From an uncultured delta proteobacterium (lineage in GTDB: Bacteria; Desulfobacterota; Desulfobaccia; Desulfobaccales; 0-14-0-80-60-11), in the NCBI GenBank assembly GCA_963812015.1, contig CAWETI010000003.1, positions 64,001 to 128,000 on the forward strand: a stretch of 64,000 bases of DNA, given 5' to 3'. Numbering within the stretch: position 1 is the stretch's first letter; each line of letters opens with the position of its first letter. The position numbers were made by a program, and so were the translations under genes. Shown piece by piece: positions 23,110 through 33,419 of the stretch. Under the pieces are notes generated by a model, which saw only the letters and a list, made by a program, of their open reading frames with translations, was not told where the DNA came from and did no database searches.

Positions 23110-24663
23110 TTACACCGGTATATTGCCGTGCTTCTTGGCCGGCAGGGTCTCCCGCTTGGTGCTCAGGATTTCCAGGGCCTCGATGAGCCGGGGCCGGGTC
23201 TCCCGGGGCGCGATCACCTGGTCCACAAAGCCCCGGGACGCGGCAATGTAAGGGTTGTAGAGCAGGTTCTCGTAATTGTCGATGATCTCAGCCCGCTTGG
23301 CCGCCGGGTCCGCGGCCGCCTTGATCTCTTTCCGGAAGATGACGTTGGCCGCGCCCGAGGCCCCCATCACCGCGATCTCGGCGGTGGGCCAGGCGATGAC
23401 CATATCCGCGCCCAGGTCCCGGGAGCACATGGCCAGATACGACCCGCCGTAGTCCTTCCGGGTCACCAACGTGATCTTGGGCACCGTGGCCTCGGAGTAG
23501 CACCACAGCAGCTTGGCCCCGTGGCGAATGATGCCCTGCCACTCCTGGTCGCTCCCCGGCAGGTACCCCGGCACGTCGGCGATGGTGAGGAGCGGGATAT
23601 TGAAGGCGTCACAGAAGCGGATGAACCGGGTGGCCTTGTCCGCCGCGTCACAGTCCAGGCAGCCCGCCAGCACCTTGGGGTTGTTGGCGATGATGCCCAG
23701 GGGCCGGCCGTTCAGGCGCGCCAGGGCCACCACCATGTTGCCGGCGAAGTGGGCGTGGGGCTCAAAAAAGTCCCCGTCGTCCACGATGGCGGCGATGACG
23801 TCGTGCACGTCGTAGGACGACCGGGGGTCGTCCGGCACGATGGCGTCCAGGGCCGGGGCCTCGCGACCGGCCGGATCGGCGCAGGGCGCCAGGGGCGGGT
23901 CTTCCATATTGTTGTTGGGCAAAAAGCTCAGCAGCCGCTTGATCTGCTCGATGGTGTCGGCGTCGGACTCGCAGGCGAAGTGGGCTACGCCGCTTTTCAT
24001 GTTGTGGGCCATGGCGCCGCCCAAATCTTCCTGGCTGATCTCCTCCCCGGTGACGCTCTTGATGACGTCGGGCCCGGTGATGAACATGTAGGAGGTGTTC
24101 TTCACCATGAAGATAAAATCCGTCATGGCCGGGGAGTAGACCGCGCCCCCGGCGGTGGGGCCCATGATGGCGGAGATCTGGGGGATGACCCCGGAGGCGA
24201 TGGCGTTGCGGTAGAAGATCTGTCCATAGGCGGAAAGGGAATCCACGCCCTCCTGGATGCGGGCCCCGCCGGAGTCGTTGAACCCCACAAAGGGCACCCC
24301 GGCCTTCAGGGCCAGGTCCATGACCTTGCAGATCTTTTTGCTGTGCATCTCCCCCAGGGAACCGGCCCGGGAGGTAAAATCCTGGGCAAAGGCAAAGACC
24401 GGCCGGCCGTTGACCTTGCCGAAGCCGGTCACCACCCCGTCCGCCGGGATCTCCACCTGCTCCATGCCGAAGTTGACGCAGCGGTGCTTGACAAAAATAT
24501 CCGTCTCCCGGAAGGTCCCCGGGTCAAAGAAGAGGTCCAGGCGCTCCCGGGCGGTGAGCTTGCCGCTGGCGTGCTGCTTCTCCACCGCCTTGGCCCCTCC
24601 CATGGCCTTGATCTGCCCCTCCTTCTCCTTCATCTCCCGGATCCTCTCGGCCACTGTCTTCAT
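23110..24663 (-). CDS. Acyl-CoA carboxyltransferase (methylmalonyl-CoA decarboxylase alpha/PccB/12S-like)
   Basis: GKLTARER, DSGGARIQEG, GGAVYSPAMTD, DVPGYLPG, YGGSY, AVMG, KKHGNIP. Confidence 0.92.
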   Translation of the reverse strand: MKTVAERIREMKEKEGQIKAMGGAKAVEKQHASGKLTARERLDLFFDPGTFRETDIFVKHRCVNFGMEQVEIPADGVVTGFGKVNGRPVFAFAQDFTSRAGSLGEMHSKKICKVMDLALKAGVPFVGFNDSGGARIQEGVDSLSAYGQIFYRNAIASGVIPQISAIMGPTAGGAVYSPAMTDFIFMVKNTSYMFITGPDVIKSVTGEEISQEDLGGAMAHNMKSGVAHFACESDADTIEQIKRLLSFLPNNNMEDPPLAPCADPAGREAPALDAIVPDDPRSSYDVHDVIAAIVDDGDFFEPHAHFAGNMVVALARLNGRPLGIIANNPKVLAGCLDCDAADKATRFIRFCDAFNIPLLTIADVPGYLPGSDQEWQGIIRHGAKLLWCYSEATVPKITLVTRKDYGGSYLAMCSRDLGADMVIAWPTAEIAVMGASGAANVIFRKEIKAAADPAAKRAEIIDNYENLLYNPYIAASRGFVDQVIAPRETRPRLIEALEILSTKRETLPAKKHGNIPV

Positions 24664-24904
24664 AAGCGGTTCCTCTTCTACCAAGATTATGCTGCAGGTT
24701 TTCTGAAGCTCAAAAAACGGGGCCCGGCTCCAGTGAGATGACACCCGGAGGGGGCCGCCTGACCATTAGTGTCCAGATTGTTCCAAACGTAATATGGCAG
24801 AAATTGACGTTGAAGGAGTATACCGGCGTCAGGCAAGATTGCAAATCCGACAATCTTTGATTGTTTTGTCAGAAATTTTCTTACAGGGCGGCGGCGGCGG
24901 GGCC

Positions 24905-25543
24905 TCAGAGCTCCACGAGCCGGGTCTGGAGGGCAAAACGCGACAATTCCGTATTGTTCCGGAGATTAAGTTTTTTCAGCAGGCGGGCGCGGTAGGTGTC
25001 CACGGTCTTGGTGCTCAGGTGGTAGGCCTCGGCAATCTCACGAACCGTTTGACCCAGGGCCAGATGGCGGAGCACCTGGATTTCCCTGGTGGATAGGGAA
25101 TCCAGAGGGGAACGGCCCTGGTCGCCCCGGGCCAGGCGCAGCGCCAGGGCCTCGGCGGCGGCATCGGTAAGGAAGCGCCCGCCGGCGTGCACTTTGCGGA
25201 TGGCTTTCACCAGCAACTCAGGGGCCGAGCGCTTGGTGATGTAACCCATGGCCCCGGCCTCAATGGCCCGGACTACATACTGCTCCTCTTCGTGCATGGT
25301 GAGGATGAGGATGGGCAGTTTCGGGTGGGAGAGCCGCAGTCGGCTGACGACTTCCAAGCCGTCCAGGCCGGGCATGGAAATATCGATGACCGCTACTTCC
25401 GGCGAGGTCTCCTCCACCCGGCGCATGGCTTCCTGGCCGTCGGCGGCTTCAGCCACCACCTCGATGTCGCCGCAATCTTCCACGATGCGGCGCAGACCGG
25501 CCCGCACAATGTCGTGATCGTCGGCCAAAAGGATCCGGATCAT
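24905..25543 (-). CDS. NarL/LuxR-family response regulator
   Basis: ILLADDHDIVRAG, DISMPGLDG, LSTREIQVL, LSTKTVDTYR. Confidence 0.92.
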   Translation of the reverse strand: MIRILLADDHDIVRAGLRRIVEDCGDIEVVAEAADGQEAMRRVEETSPEVAVIDISMPGLDGLEVVSRLRLSHPKLPILILTMHEEEQYVVRAIEAGAMGYITKRSAPELLVKAIRKVHAGGRFLTDAAAEALALRLARGDQGRSPLDSLSTREIQVLRHLALGQTVREIAEAYHLSTKTVDTYRARLLKKLNLRNNTELSRFALQTRLVEL

Positions 25544-25544
25544 C

Positions 25545-27230
25545 TTACTCGCTCCTGCTGCCATCGGTAGGTAATCTGAAACACACCGTCGTCCCCTGCC
25601 CGGGCCGGGACCGGATCTCCAGACTGCCGCCCAAAAGGCCGGCGCGTTCGCGCATGCCGGCCAGCCCCAGACACTCCAAGGCCGCGATCTCCTGGAGGTC
25701 GAAGCCCCGGCCATTGTCCTCCACGGCCAGGGTCAGCATGCCCTTCTCCGGTTGGAGGCTCACCTTTACCTGGGTGGCTGCGGCGTGGCGGGTCACGTTG
25801 GTTAAGGCCTCCTGGACAATGCGATAGGCGGCCGTGGCCCCGATGCCGTCGACCATGGACACCCGGCGGTGTTTGAAGATGCAGTCGATCCCAGTGCGCT
25901 TTTCAAAATCGGCGATGTACCACTCCAAGGCATCGATGAGGCCAAGATCGTCCAGCACCCCAGGGCGCAGCCGGGTGGCCAGGCCCCTGACCTCGTCAAT
26001 GGTGTGGTCAATGAGCTGGCACATGGCCAGGGCCCGGTCGCCGGCTTTGGGGTCTGATGGTTTCAGGCGTTCGCTGAGCCATACCGCGTCCATGCGGAGG
26101 GCGGTGAGCACCTGGCCCAGCTCATCGTGCAGTTCCCGGGCGATGGCTTTACGCTCCTTCTCCTGATTGGCCATGATGCTGCCGGAAAGACGCCTCAGTT
26201 GATCCCGGGCTTGCTTGAGTTCGGTGATATCCGTGGCAATCCCGCACAGTCCGGTGGGGACTCCCTGTTCGTCATACAGGGGAAATTTCACGGAAAGATA
26301 GGTGCGCAGCCCGGCCGGCGGAGGCAAGGCCTCCTCCACCTGATAAGGCTGCCGGGCGGCCAGGACTTGTAGATCGGAGGCACGGATCTGGGCCGCCACC
26401 TTGCGGGGAAAAATATCATAGTCGGATTTCCCGCAAATTTGCTCCCATCTGATCCCGAACAACTCCTCAAACCGGGAATTGACCAGGGTATAGCGGCCCT
26501 CCCGGTCCTTGGTATAAACCACCGAAGGGGTAAACCGGAGAATGCTCGTGATCTCCCGGGTCCGTTCCCGTACCTGGCGTTCCAGATCCCTGGAGTAGCC
26601 GCTCAGCTCTTCCTGCGCCTGTTTAAGCGCCGCCTCCGCCTTTTTCCGCTCCGAGAGGTCCCGGGCCACGCAGACGCTGCCGATGGTGCTGCCATGATCG
26701 TCCTTGAGCACACTGATGGAGATATCCATGGGGACGATGGTGCCGTCCTGTTTCTTCATGGGGATCTCAAATTCTCGCACTACGCCGTCCCGGCGCAGAC
26801 TCTGGAGCATGCGGTCCAGTTCATCGGGGTCGGCGTAGAGCTCGAAGGCCGTCTTATCGGCTAATTCTTCCAGTTCGTAGCCGTAGATTTCCACTGAGCG
26901 CTGGTTCCACAGGATAATCTTGCCATGCCGGTCAACGATACCGATGGCATCCACCGAGTTGTCGATGACATTTTCCAGGTATTCCTTGGTCCGCTTGAGT
27001 TCGGCCTCGGTCCGCTTCCGTTCTTCGATTTCTTGTTTCAGGTGCTGGTTGGCCTGCACCAGTTCCGCGGTACGCTCGCCGACGAGGTGTTCCAGTTCGG
27101 CGTACGCCCGCCGGCGCGCGACTTCGGCCAGTTTGCGGTAGTCTTTAAAGATCTCCAGTTCGGCGACGCGCTGACGCAGCGTTGACAGCTCTTCAATCAG
27201 TTGTGCCTTGGTTTTATCAAAATCCCGCAT
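25545..27230 (-). CDS. PAS-PAS sensor histidine kinase (HisKA_3)
   Basis: Two PAS domains, ARELHDELGQ, QEALTNVTRHA, DNGRGF, GLAGMRER; directly upstream of the response regulator. Confidence 0.9.
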   Translation of the reverse strand: MRDFDKTKAQLIEELSTLRQRVAELEIFKDYRKLAEVARRRAYAELEHLVGERTAELVQANQHLKQEIEERKRTEAELKRTKEYLENVIDNSVDAIGIVDRHGKIILWNQRSVEIYGYELEELADKTAFELYADPDELDRMLQSLRRDGVVREFEIPMKKQDGTIVPMDISISVLKDDHGSTIGSVCVARDLSERKKAEAALKQAQEELSGYSRDLERQVRERTREITSILRFTPSVVYTKDREGRYTLVNSRFEELFGIRWEQICGKSDYDIFPRKVAAQIRASDLQVLAARQPYQVEEALPPPAGLRTYLSVKFPLYDEQGVPTGLCGIATDITELKQARDQLRRLSGSIMANQEKERKAIARELHDELGQVLTALRMDAVWLSERLKPSDPKAGDRALAMCQLIDHTIDEVRGLATRLRPGVLDDLGLIDALEWYIADFEKRTGIDCIFKHRRVSMVDGIGATAAYRIVQEALTNVTRHAAATQVKVSLQPEKGMLTLAVEDNGRGFDLQEIAALECLGLAGMRERAGLLGGSLEIRSRPGQGTTVCFRLPTDGSRSE

Positions 27231-27600
27231 AGCGCCGGGCTCCCGCTCCCCCACTCTTATGTTCATATCATAACATGAAAATTTATCTGGAAAAATTGGA
27301 AAGGGTAACAGGTAAGTGTTGGGGGAGGAAGCCTGAGAAAGACGGCAGGGGCACTTACGAAAATGCCCCTGGTCCCTTCCCTCAGTCGTCGGGCGCGTCT
27401 CACGCGCCAATCATGGCGGCCACGGGCCGCCCGGTATGAGCTTTTCGAAGCAGTTACTTACGAAAGTAATGGTGCGCAGTGCGCACCCAGCGCTTACGGC
27501 TTTGCCAGGCACCGTAGGGGCGGGGCGCGAACCGCCCCTACAAAAATTTTTCAGAGAAGAGGTTTCATAATACCTGCCAGGCTTATCGTTTTCCCGTCCC

Positions 27601-29757
27601 TTACTTGGCGTCGGGCCGGAAGACGGTATCCCAGTCAGCCGGCGGCGGCGCCTCCTGGAAGCGCCGGCAGCGGTCCCGGTAGATCCGGGCCGGGCCGTCC
27701 TCCGGGGCCGCGGCGCAGATGGCCTCGAACCCGGCCAGGGCTTCAGAAAACCGCTGGTGGCGGTAGTGCTCCAGCGCCTGGGCGAAGTCCCGGCGCCGGT
27801 GGATCACCTCCGGTTCCAGTTCCCCCGTGAGGCCCAGGACCTGAAAGACCCGGACCGCTTGTTCCTTACCCTTGACCGCCACCAGGTCCAGTTCCCGAAA
27901 CTCCACTGCCCCGGCGCAGGCCGCCACCGTGGCCTCGCTGGCCATAACGTAGGAGCCGTAAAACTTGTTGAGGCCCTCCAGGCGGGAGGCCAGGTTGACG
28001 GTGTCGCCGATGACGGTATAGTCGAAGCGCTTCACCGAACCCAGGTTGCCCACGATGGCGTCGCCGGTGTTCAGCCCGATGCGCATGGACAGGGGCGGCA
28101 GGTTAAGGCCGGCAAACCGCTGGTTCAATTCCGCCAGGGCCGCCTGTTGTCTCAGGGCGGCGCGGCAGGCCCGGGCCGCCTGGTCCGGCTGGTCCAGGGG
28201 CGCGCCCCAGAAGGCCATGATGGCATCCCCTTCGAACTTGTCCACCGTGCCCTCTTCATCCAGGATGATCTCGGTCATGGCGGACAGGTAGTCGTTGAGC
28301 AGGCCCACCACAGTTTCGGCGCTGAGGCGCTCGGAAATCGTGGTGAACCCGGCCAGGTCCGAGAAAAACAGGGTGACCTGGCGGCGTTCGCCCCCCAGTT
28401 GCAGCTTTTCCGGGTGCTCCAGCAAATGGTTGATGACCGCGCCGGACATGTACTGGCCGAACATGCGCCGGATGTACAGCTTCTGGCGGCCCTCGGTGGC
28501 GTAGCTGAAGGCTGCGGCCAGGGCGAAGCTCAGGCTCAGAGCGATCCCCGGCAGCACCGGGTCGGCCCACCAGCCGAAATGGAAGGCCCCCACCGTCAGG
28601 CTCAAGTAAACCAGGGCCAGGACCGCGAATCCGGCCAGGGTGGCCATAAGCCCCGAGAAAAAGATGACCACCACCACCATGGCGGCGCTCAGGACGAAGA
28701 CCCCGGCCCACAGGACGCCCACGGGCACCGGCCGGAGGAAGTCACCCCGCAGCAGGTTATCCAGCAGGGTGGCATGCACCTCCACCCCAGGATACACCGC
28801 GGAAACCGGGCAGGCCTTCAGATCCAGGAGGCCCGGGGCGGTGAGGCCCACCAGCACCCATTTGCCGGCAAACGCCTCAGGCGGGTAGATGGGGGGGAGG
28901 CCGTGTTGGCGGCGGGACTCCGAGGCAATGAGGTTGGCTGCGGAAAACCGCGTATGACTGCGGCTGGGGCCGCGAAACTTGAGGAGAAAAAGCCCCTGGG
29001 GGTCCAAGGGAATGGGGGTGTTTCCCACCCATAGGGCGCCGGGCGCGAAGCGTAAGGGGTCCGGGGCCCCAAAGCGGTGAAACGCCGCGAACCCCAAAGT
29101 GGGCAGCCACTTATCCTTAAAGGGCACCACCAGGGGCACCCGGCGGTAGATGCCGTCCGCGTCCGGGCGGGTCTCGGCGTTCCCCAGGGCCTGGGCCGCG
29201 GTGAGCAGCGGCGGAATGGGCGTCACCACGGCGCGATAAGCGTGCGGGTCCAGGGGCGGAGGGCCGGGAATGGTGAGGCTGGCTTTCTTAAGGAGGTCCG
29301 GCTCCGAAGGGTTAGGCGGCTTGGTATCCCGGGAAAGGAAGAATGGCAGCGCCACGTTGCCGGCCGTCGCCGTGGCCTGGGCGAACCGCTGGTCGTCTTC
29401 GGGGCCGTAGGACGAAGCTTCGGTGAACAGGATGTCAAAGATCACCGCTTTGGCGCCGGCCCACCGGCAATAGTCGATGAGGGGGGCATAGATCTGCCGG
29501 GGCCAGGGCCAGGTAACCCCCTGGTTTTTGAAAAAATCCAGGTCGGGCTGATCCACGGTCACCACCACCACCTGGGGGGAAGCAGCCGGCAAAGGCACCC
29601 GGCGGAAGAGTGTATCCAGGGTCTTGAGGCGGTAGGGCTGGATGGCCCCGGAGAGATCCAGGGCCAGGGACAACACCAGGGCCGCCAGGGTAAGCCCCAG
29701 GGCGGCTAGCCATTTGGCGTGCCGGAAAGCGGCGGTAAGGCCGAGGTTACGTTTCAT
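27601..29757 (-). CDS. CHASE2-domain class III adenylate/guanylate cyclase
   Basis: WPWPR, FDILF, DADGIYRR, PGVEVHA (CHASE2), 3 TM helices, FSDLAGFT, KFEGDAIM, IGDTVNLASRLE, C-terminal TPR-like tail. Confidence 0.92.
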   Translation of the reverse strand: MKRNLGLTAAFRHAKWLAALGLTLAALVLSLALDLSGAIQPYRLKTLDTLFRRVPLPAASPQVVVVTVDQPDLDFFKNQGVTWPWPRQIYAPLIDYCRWAGAKAVIFDILFTEASSYGPEDDQRFAQATATAGNVALPFFLSRDTKPPNPSEPDLLKKASLTIPGPPPLDPHAYRAVVTPIPPLLTAAQALGNAETRPDADGIYRRVPLVVPFKDKWLPTLGFAAFHRFGAPDPLRFAPGALWVGNTPIPLDPQGLFLLKFRGPSRSHTRFSAANLIASESRRQHGLPPIYPPEAFAGKWVLVGLTAPGLLDLKACPVSAVYPGVEVHATLLDNLLRGDFLRPVPVGVLWAGVFVLSAAMVVVVIFFSGLMATLAGFAVLALVYLSLTVGAFHFGWWADPVLPGIALSLSFALAAAFSYATEGRQKLYIRRMFGQYMSGAVINHLLEHPEKLQLGGERRQVTLFFSDLAGFTTISERLSAETVVGLLNDYLSAMTEIILDEEGTVDKFEGDAIMAFWGAPLDQPDQAARACRAALRQQAALAELNQRFAGLNLPPLSMRIGLNTGDAIVGNLGSVKRFDYTVIGDTVNLASRLEGLNKFYGSYVMASEATVAACAGAVEFRELDLVAVKGKEQAVRVFQVLGLTGELEPEVIHRRRDFAQALEHYRHQRFSEALAGFEAICAAAPEDGPARIYRDRCRRFQEAPPPADWDTVFRPDAK

Positions 29758-29872
29758 AGTTCCTTGGGAAACAGGTGATTTGGTTTGGGGGTCGGGCCGG
29801 GCTTTTTCATATTTTTCATTTTTTTCATAAGGGAAGTCCCGCGCCCTTTCCCCCAGAATTTCAACGGCGTCT

Positions 29873-30054
29873 TATAGCGTTTGCCAAAAATTCCTTCCCA
29901 TGAATGGTTTTTAAATCCCCCTAAATCCCCTTTTTTCAAAGGGGGACTTTAAAAGGGATTCCGCTGAGTTCCCCCCTTTGAAAACGGGGAGTAGGGGGGA
30001 TTTAGGTTCTTGGAGCATGTGCCATAACGGCAAAAACTTCTGGCCATTGCTCTA
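29873..30054. mobile_element. MITE-like element with imperfect terminal inverted repeats and internal AAATCCCCC/GGGGGATTT palindromes
   Basis: Left TATAGCGTTTGCCAAAAATT versus reverse-complemented right TAGAGCAATGGCCAGAAGTT (14/20); internal CCCC..GGGG hairpins. Confidence 0.5.
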
Positions 30055-30060
30055 CCCCCC

Positions 30061-30998
30061 TCACGCCAGGCGGATACGGAACTTCTCCACCAGGTGGTGG
30101 GGGTGATAGGCCATTTTGGCCGTCCTCAGGCCCGCCTCCCCCAGGTCCTGCTCCCGGTTGACAAAGTCCACCTCGGCCCAGGCCTGCCGGCAGAACTGTT
30201 GATTAATGACGGCGTAAAGGCTCCGCAACTCCGGATCGGCCTTTTCCAGGTGGATGACCGCGGTTGCCTTATTGAGCAATTCGCCGCAGGAAAAAGCCCT
30301 CACCCGGTCATTAATGAGAATCACGCCCCCCTGGAGCTCCAAGGCCTGAAAATTAGCCAGGGCCGCAGTGATGGCCTCCCACTCCCCCAGCAGGGACAGA
30401 TCACACTCACACCTCTTCACCTGGCACCATCTGGCGCACAGGTACAGACAGGCTGACAAGTGTTTTTCCCCTAAGGGTTCATAGCGGAAGGGGTAAGACC
30501 GGGTCAGGCTGTTGATGTGGTTGCGCTGGCCATGATATTTGCTCCCAGACAGATTGATGAGGTCCCGGTGCGGTAGACGTAATCAAAATGATCTCGTCTA
30601 GGCTCCACCACGAATTCGTCCAGTCCGGCCAACTCAGTCGCCAGCCGGAGATCGGCCCGCTCAATGGCGGGGTTCGCCACCCCGCATTCGTCCCGGAGCC
30701 AGCCTAAGACCTGCCGGCAGAGATCGGCCCGGGGCGCAGGACCCACCGGCGGCAGGGCCCAGGCCTGGCCTCCGGCGACGGCACTCACCACCAGGAGCCG
30801 GTCCCGGTCTCGGGACCACTGGTAGCCATAGTGGGACTGCCATATAAAGAGATTGGTGAAGGTCAGCTCCGAGGTTTCGGCCTGGTAGTCCCAGAGGATT
30901 TTTTGGAATATTTCCCGGTCTGCCAACGCCAAAGGCTTGAACCGGGGGAAAACCGGCTCCGGGGCGGGAGAGTTGTTAGAGGGGAGCGATTCGGCCAT
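30061..30998 (-). pseudogene. DUF2156 (aminoacyl-phosphatidylglycerol synthase C-terminal-like) protein, frameshifted at about 30565
   Basis: N-part SELTFTNLFIW...DYVY and C-part HLEKAD...NREQDLGEAGLRTAKMAYHP join when one base is added (…YRTxDLINLSGSKYHGQRNHIN…). Confidence 0.8.
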
Positions 30999-31629
30999 TC
31001 TCCATAACCAGCGACTGATCGCCCAGCCGGCGGGCCTGGGCGGGATCGTGCGTCACTACTATTATGGTCGATTTTCTCGCGGTTTTCATCCTAAAGATGA
31101 TTTCTTCAATAATATCAGAATTTTTTTGATCGAGGTTGGCGGTGGGTTCATCGAGGCAGAAGACCTCGGGCTCGATGACCAGGGCCCGGGCGATGCCTAA
31201 GCGCTTGGTCTCGCCGCTGGAGAGGTCCAGGCCATTCTGCCGCCGCTTGTGGAGCAAACCCACGGTCCCCAGAACCTCGTTGACCCGTGCCTCGACCTCC
31301 TGACTGCTGCGGCCCCGGATTTTCAAGCCATAGGCCACATTGTGGAACACCGAGGTGTTGAAGACCCCGGTCCGGGGCAGAAGCAGGGTGATGCGGCGCC
31401 TCAAGCCGAGATCATGGGGGAGTTCGACGCCATTATCCCAATAGCGCACCTCCCCGGCGTCGGGGAGCTCCAGGAGGGCGGCGATCCGCAAAAAGGTGGA
31501 TTTGCCGCTGCCGTTTTGACCCATCAGGGCGTAGGTCCGGCCATGGTCGAAGCCAAAAGAGCACTCCCGCAAGACGGCCTGGCCGTTGTAGCTCTTAACG
31601 ATGCGGGCGACTTCCAGGTTTAATCCCAT
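30976..31629 (-). CDS. tupC: Tungstate ABC transporter ATPase
   Basis: GQNGSGKST, LSSGE, CLDEPT, VTHD; follows tupB. Confidence 0.8.
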   Translation of the reverse strand: MGLNLEVARIVKSYNGQAVLRECSFGFDHGRTYALMGQNGSGKSTFLRIAALLELPDAGEVRYWDNGVELPHDLGLRRRITLLLPRTGVFNTSVFHNVAYGLKIRGRSSQEVEARVNEVLGTVGLLHKRRQNGLDLSSGETKRLGIARALVIEPEVFCLDEPTANLDQKNSDIIEEIIFRMKTARKSTIIVVTHDPAQARRLGDQSLVMENGRIAPL

Positions 31630-32339
31630 AGCATGATCCCCGCCCGGACCCGGCCCAGCCGCTGGAAAAACCGGAGGCCGACGTTGATGGCCAGGGAAAT
31701 GAGCAGGAGGATGAGACCCAGGGCGATGGCCAGTTCAAACTCGCCTTTGTCCGTCTCCAAGGCGATGGTGGTGGTCATGACCCGGGTGTAGCCGGCGATG
31801 TTCCCTCCCACGATAATCACCGCCCCCACCTCGGCCATCACCCGGCCCAATCCCGCCATGACCCCAGCCATGATGCCGTAGCGGGCCTCCCGGATAACGG
31901 TGAAGACTTCCTGTAAGGGCGTGGCCCCAAGGGTGATGGCGGCCTGGCGGATCACCGGGTCCACCTTGACGATGGCGGCATGGGAGAGGGAAGCGACAAT
32001 GGGGCAGGCCAGGATGGCCTGGACCATGACCATGGCGGTGGGGGTGTAAAGCAGGCCCAGGAACCCCAGGGGTCCGCTCCGGGAGAGGAAGAGGTAGAGA
32101 AAGAGCCCGGCCACCACCGGCGGCAGCCCCATGCCGGTGTTCATCAGGCTGATGACCAGGCCCCGGAGGGGCACCCGGCGCCAGGCCAGGGCCGCCCCCA
32201 GGGGCAGGCCCAGGAGCGTGGCGATCACCAGGGCCGACCCCGAGACCTGCAAGGACAGGAGAATGATGCGGAAAAGCTCGGGGTTGATGGTGAGGATGAG
32301 CTTAAAGGCCCCGATGAACCCGTAGAGGATGGAGTGCAT
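31620..32339 (-). CDS. tupB: Tungstate ABC transporter permease
   Basis: GMGLPPVVAGL, SRSGPLG, EVGAVIIVGGNI, TRVMTTTIALET. Confidence 0.88.
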   Translation of the reverse strand: MHSILYGFIGAFKLILTINPELFRIILLSLQVSGSALVIATLLGLPLGAALAWRRVPLRGLVISLMNTGMGLPPVVAGLFLYLFLSRSGPLGFLGLLYTPTAMVMVQAILACPIVASLSHAAIVKVDPVIRQAAITLGATPLQEVFTVIREARYGIMAGVMAGLGRVMAEVGAVIIVGGNIAGYTRVMTTTIALETDKGEFELAIALGLILLLISLAINVGLRFFQRLGRVRAGIMLWD

Positions 32340-32499
32340 AAGGATTTGGCGAGCAGGGCACAGGTCACCGCCGTTGACCTGCCCCGGGTTTTTTTATTTT
32401 TATAAGAGAGTGTTAAATAGTTATATTCTGAACTGCCGTCGTCGGGGCGACTCTTTGGGTCGCCCTTTTTTCCAGGCCATTTATCTCATGCTCGCCCGA

Positions 32500-33321
32500 T
32501 TATTTGGCATTGGGAATGAACAGTTTATTGCCGTTTTTGTCTTGAAAGTTGCCGATGATCGCCTGGCCTTCCGGGGAGATGAGCCAGTTGATGAACACCA
32601 TGGCCTCCTTATTCTTGACGTCCTTATGTTTGGCAGGATTGACCGCCATCACGCCGTACTGATTGAACAGGACGGGATCGCCCTCCAGGACCACCACCAT
32701 CTCCAGCTTGTCCTTGTCCTTGGTGGCCAGCCAGGTGCCCCGGTCGGTGAGGGTATAAGCCCGCTTTTCGTTAGCGACCCGCTGGGTCTTCTCCATGCCC
32801 TGACCCACTTCCATATACCATTTCTGCCCCTTGGGGTCGATCCCCGCCTCTTTCCAGATGGCCAGTTCCTTGGTGTGGGTACCGGATTTATCCCCCCGGG
32901 AGACAAACGGGGACGTGCTGCCGGCAATCTTCTTAAAGGCCTCGGTGGCGGACTTCAACCCCTTGAGTTTGGCGGGGTCAGCCGGGGGTCCGATGATGAC
33001 GAAGTCGTTATACATGACGTCGTGGCGGTTCACGAAAAAACCTTCTTCCACCGCCTTTAATTCCTGGTTCTTGGCATGGACCAGGACGACATCGGCGTCC
33101 CCTCTTTTGCCGATTTCAATGGCCGCCCCGGTGCCCACAGCCACCACGTCCACTTTGATGCCGGTCTGCTTTTCAAAGAGCGGCAGCAGATAATCAAATA
33201 AACCCGAATTCTGGGTGCTGGTGGTGGAGGCGCACTTGATCCGGATTTCCGCCGGGGCGGTCCCGGCCGTCAGCGCCACAGCTACGACCACTAATATTCC
33301 TATGCAGAGTCCTTTCACCAT
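32500..33321 (-). CDS. tupA: Tungstate-binding protein
   Basis: Signal peptide; STTSTQNSGL, VGTG, VHA, MYNDF, SRGDKSGTH, YTLTDRGTW. Confidence 0.9.
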   Translation of the reverse strand: MVKGLCIGILVVVAVALTAGTAPAEIRIKCASTTSTQNSGLFDYLLPLFEKQTGIKVDVVAVGTGAAIEIGKRGDADVVLVHAKNQELKAVEEGFFVNRHDVMYNDFVIIGPPADPAKLKGLKSATEAFKKIAGSTSPFVSRGDKSGTHTKELAIWKEAGIDPKGQKWYMEVGQGMEKTQRVANEKRAYTLTDRGTWLATKDKDKLEMVVVLEGDPVLFNQYGVMAVNPAKHKDVKNKEAMVFINWLISPEGQAIIGNFQDKNGNKLFIPNAK

Positions 33322-33419
33322 CTCCGATCCTCCTTAGCCTCAGATTTTGCGGGGTTTCCGATCACCCGGGAGAGGTGAAGAAAAATTCTTCCCCTCCGGG
33401 AGTTCTCCGCACGGCGGGG

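Noticed and set aside
23128..24741. Long antisense ORFs (also 27757-29034, 33375-35072, 37746-39149, 60051-61922, 62659-63744)
   Set aside because: They mirror well-supported genes on the opposite strand, have no motifs, and are expected in GC-rich DNA.
33322..33419. Moco/Wco riboswitch upstream of tupA
   Set aside because: Only one long hairpin is evident and I could not match the conserved multi-stem motif. An Rfam scan would settle it.
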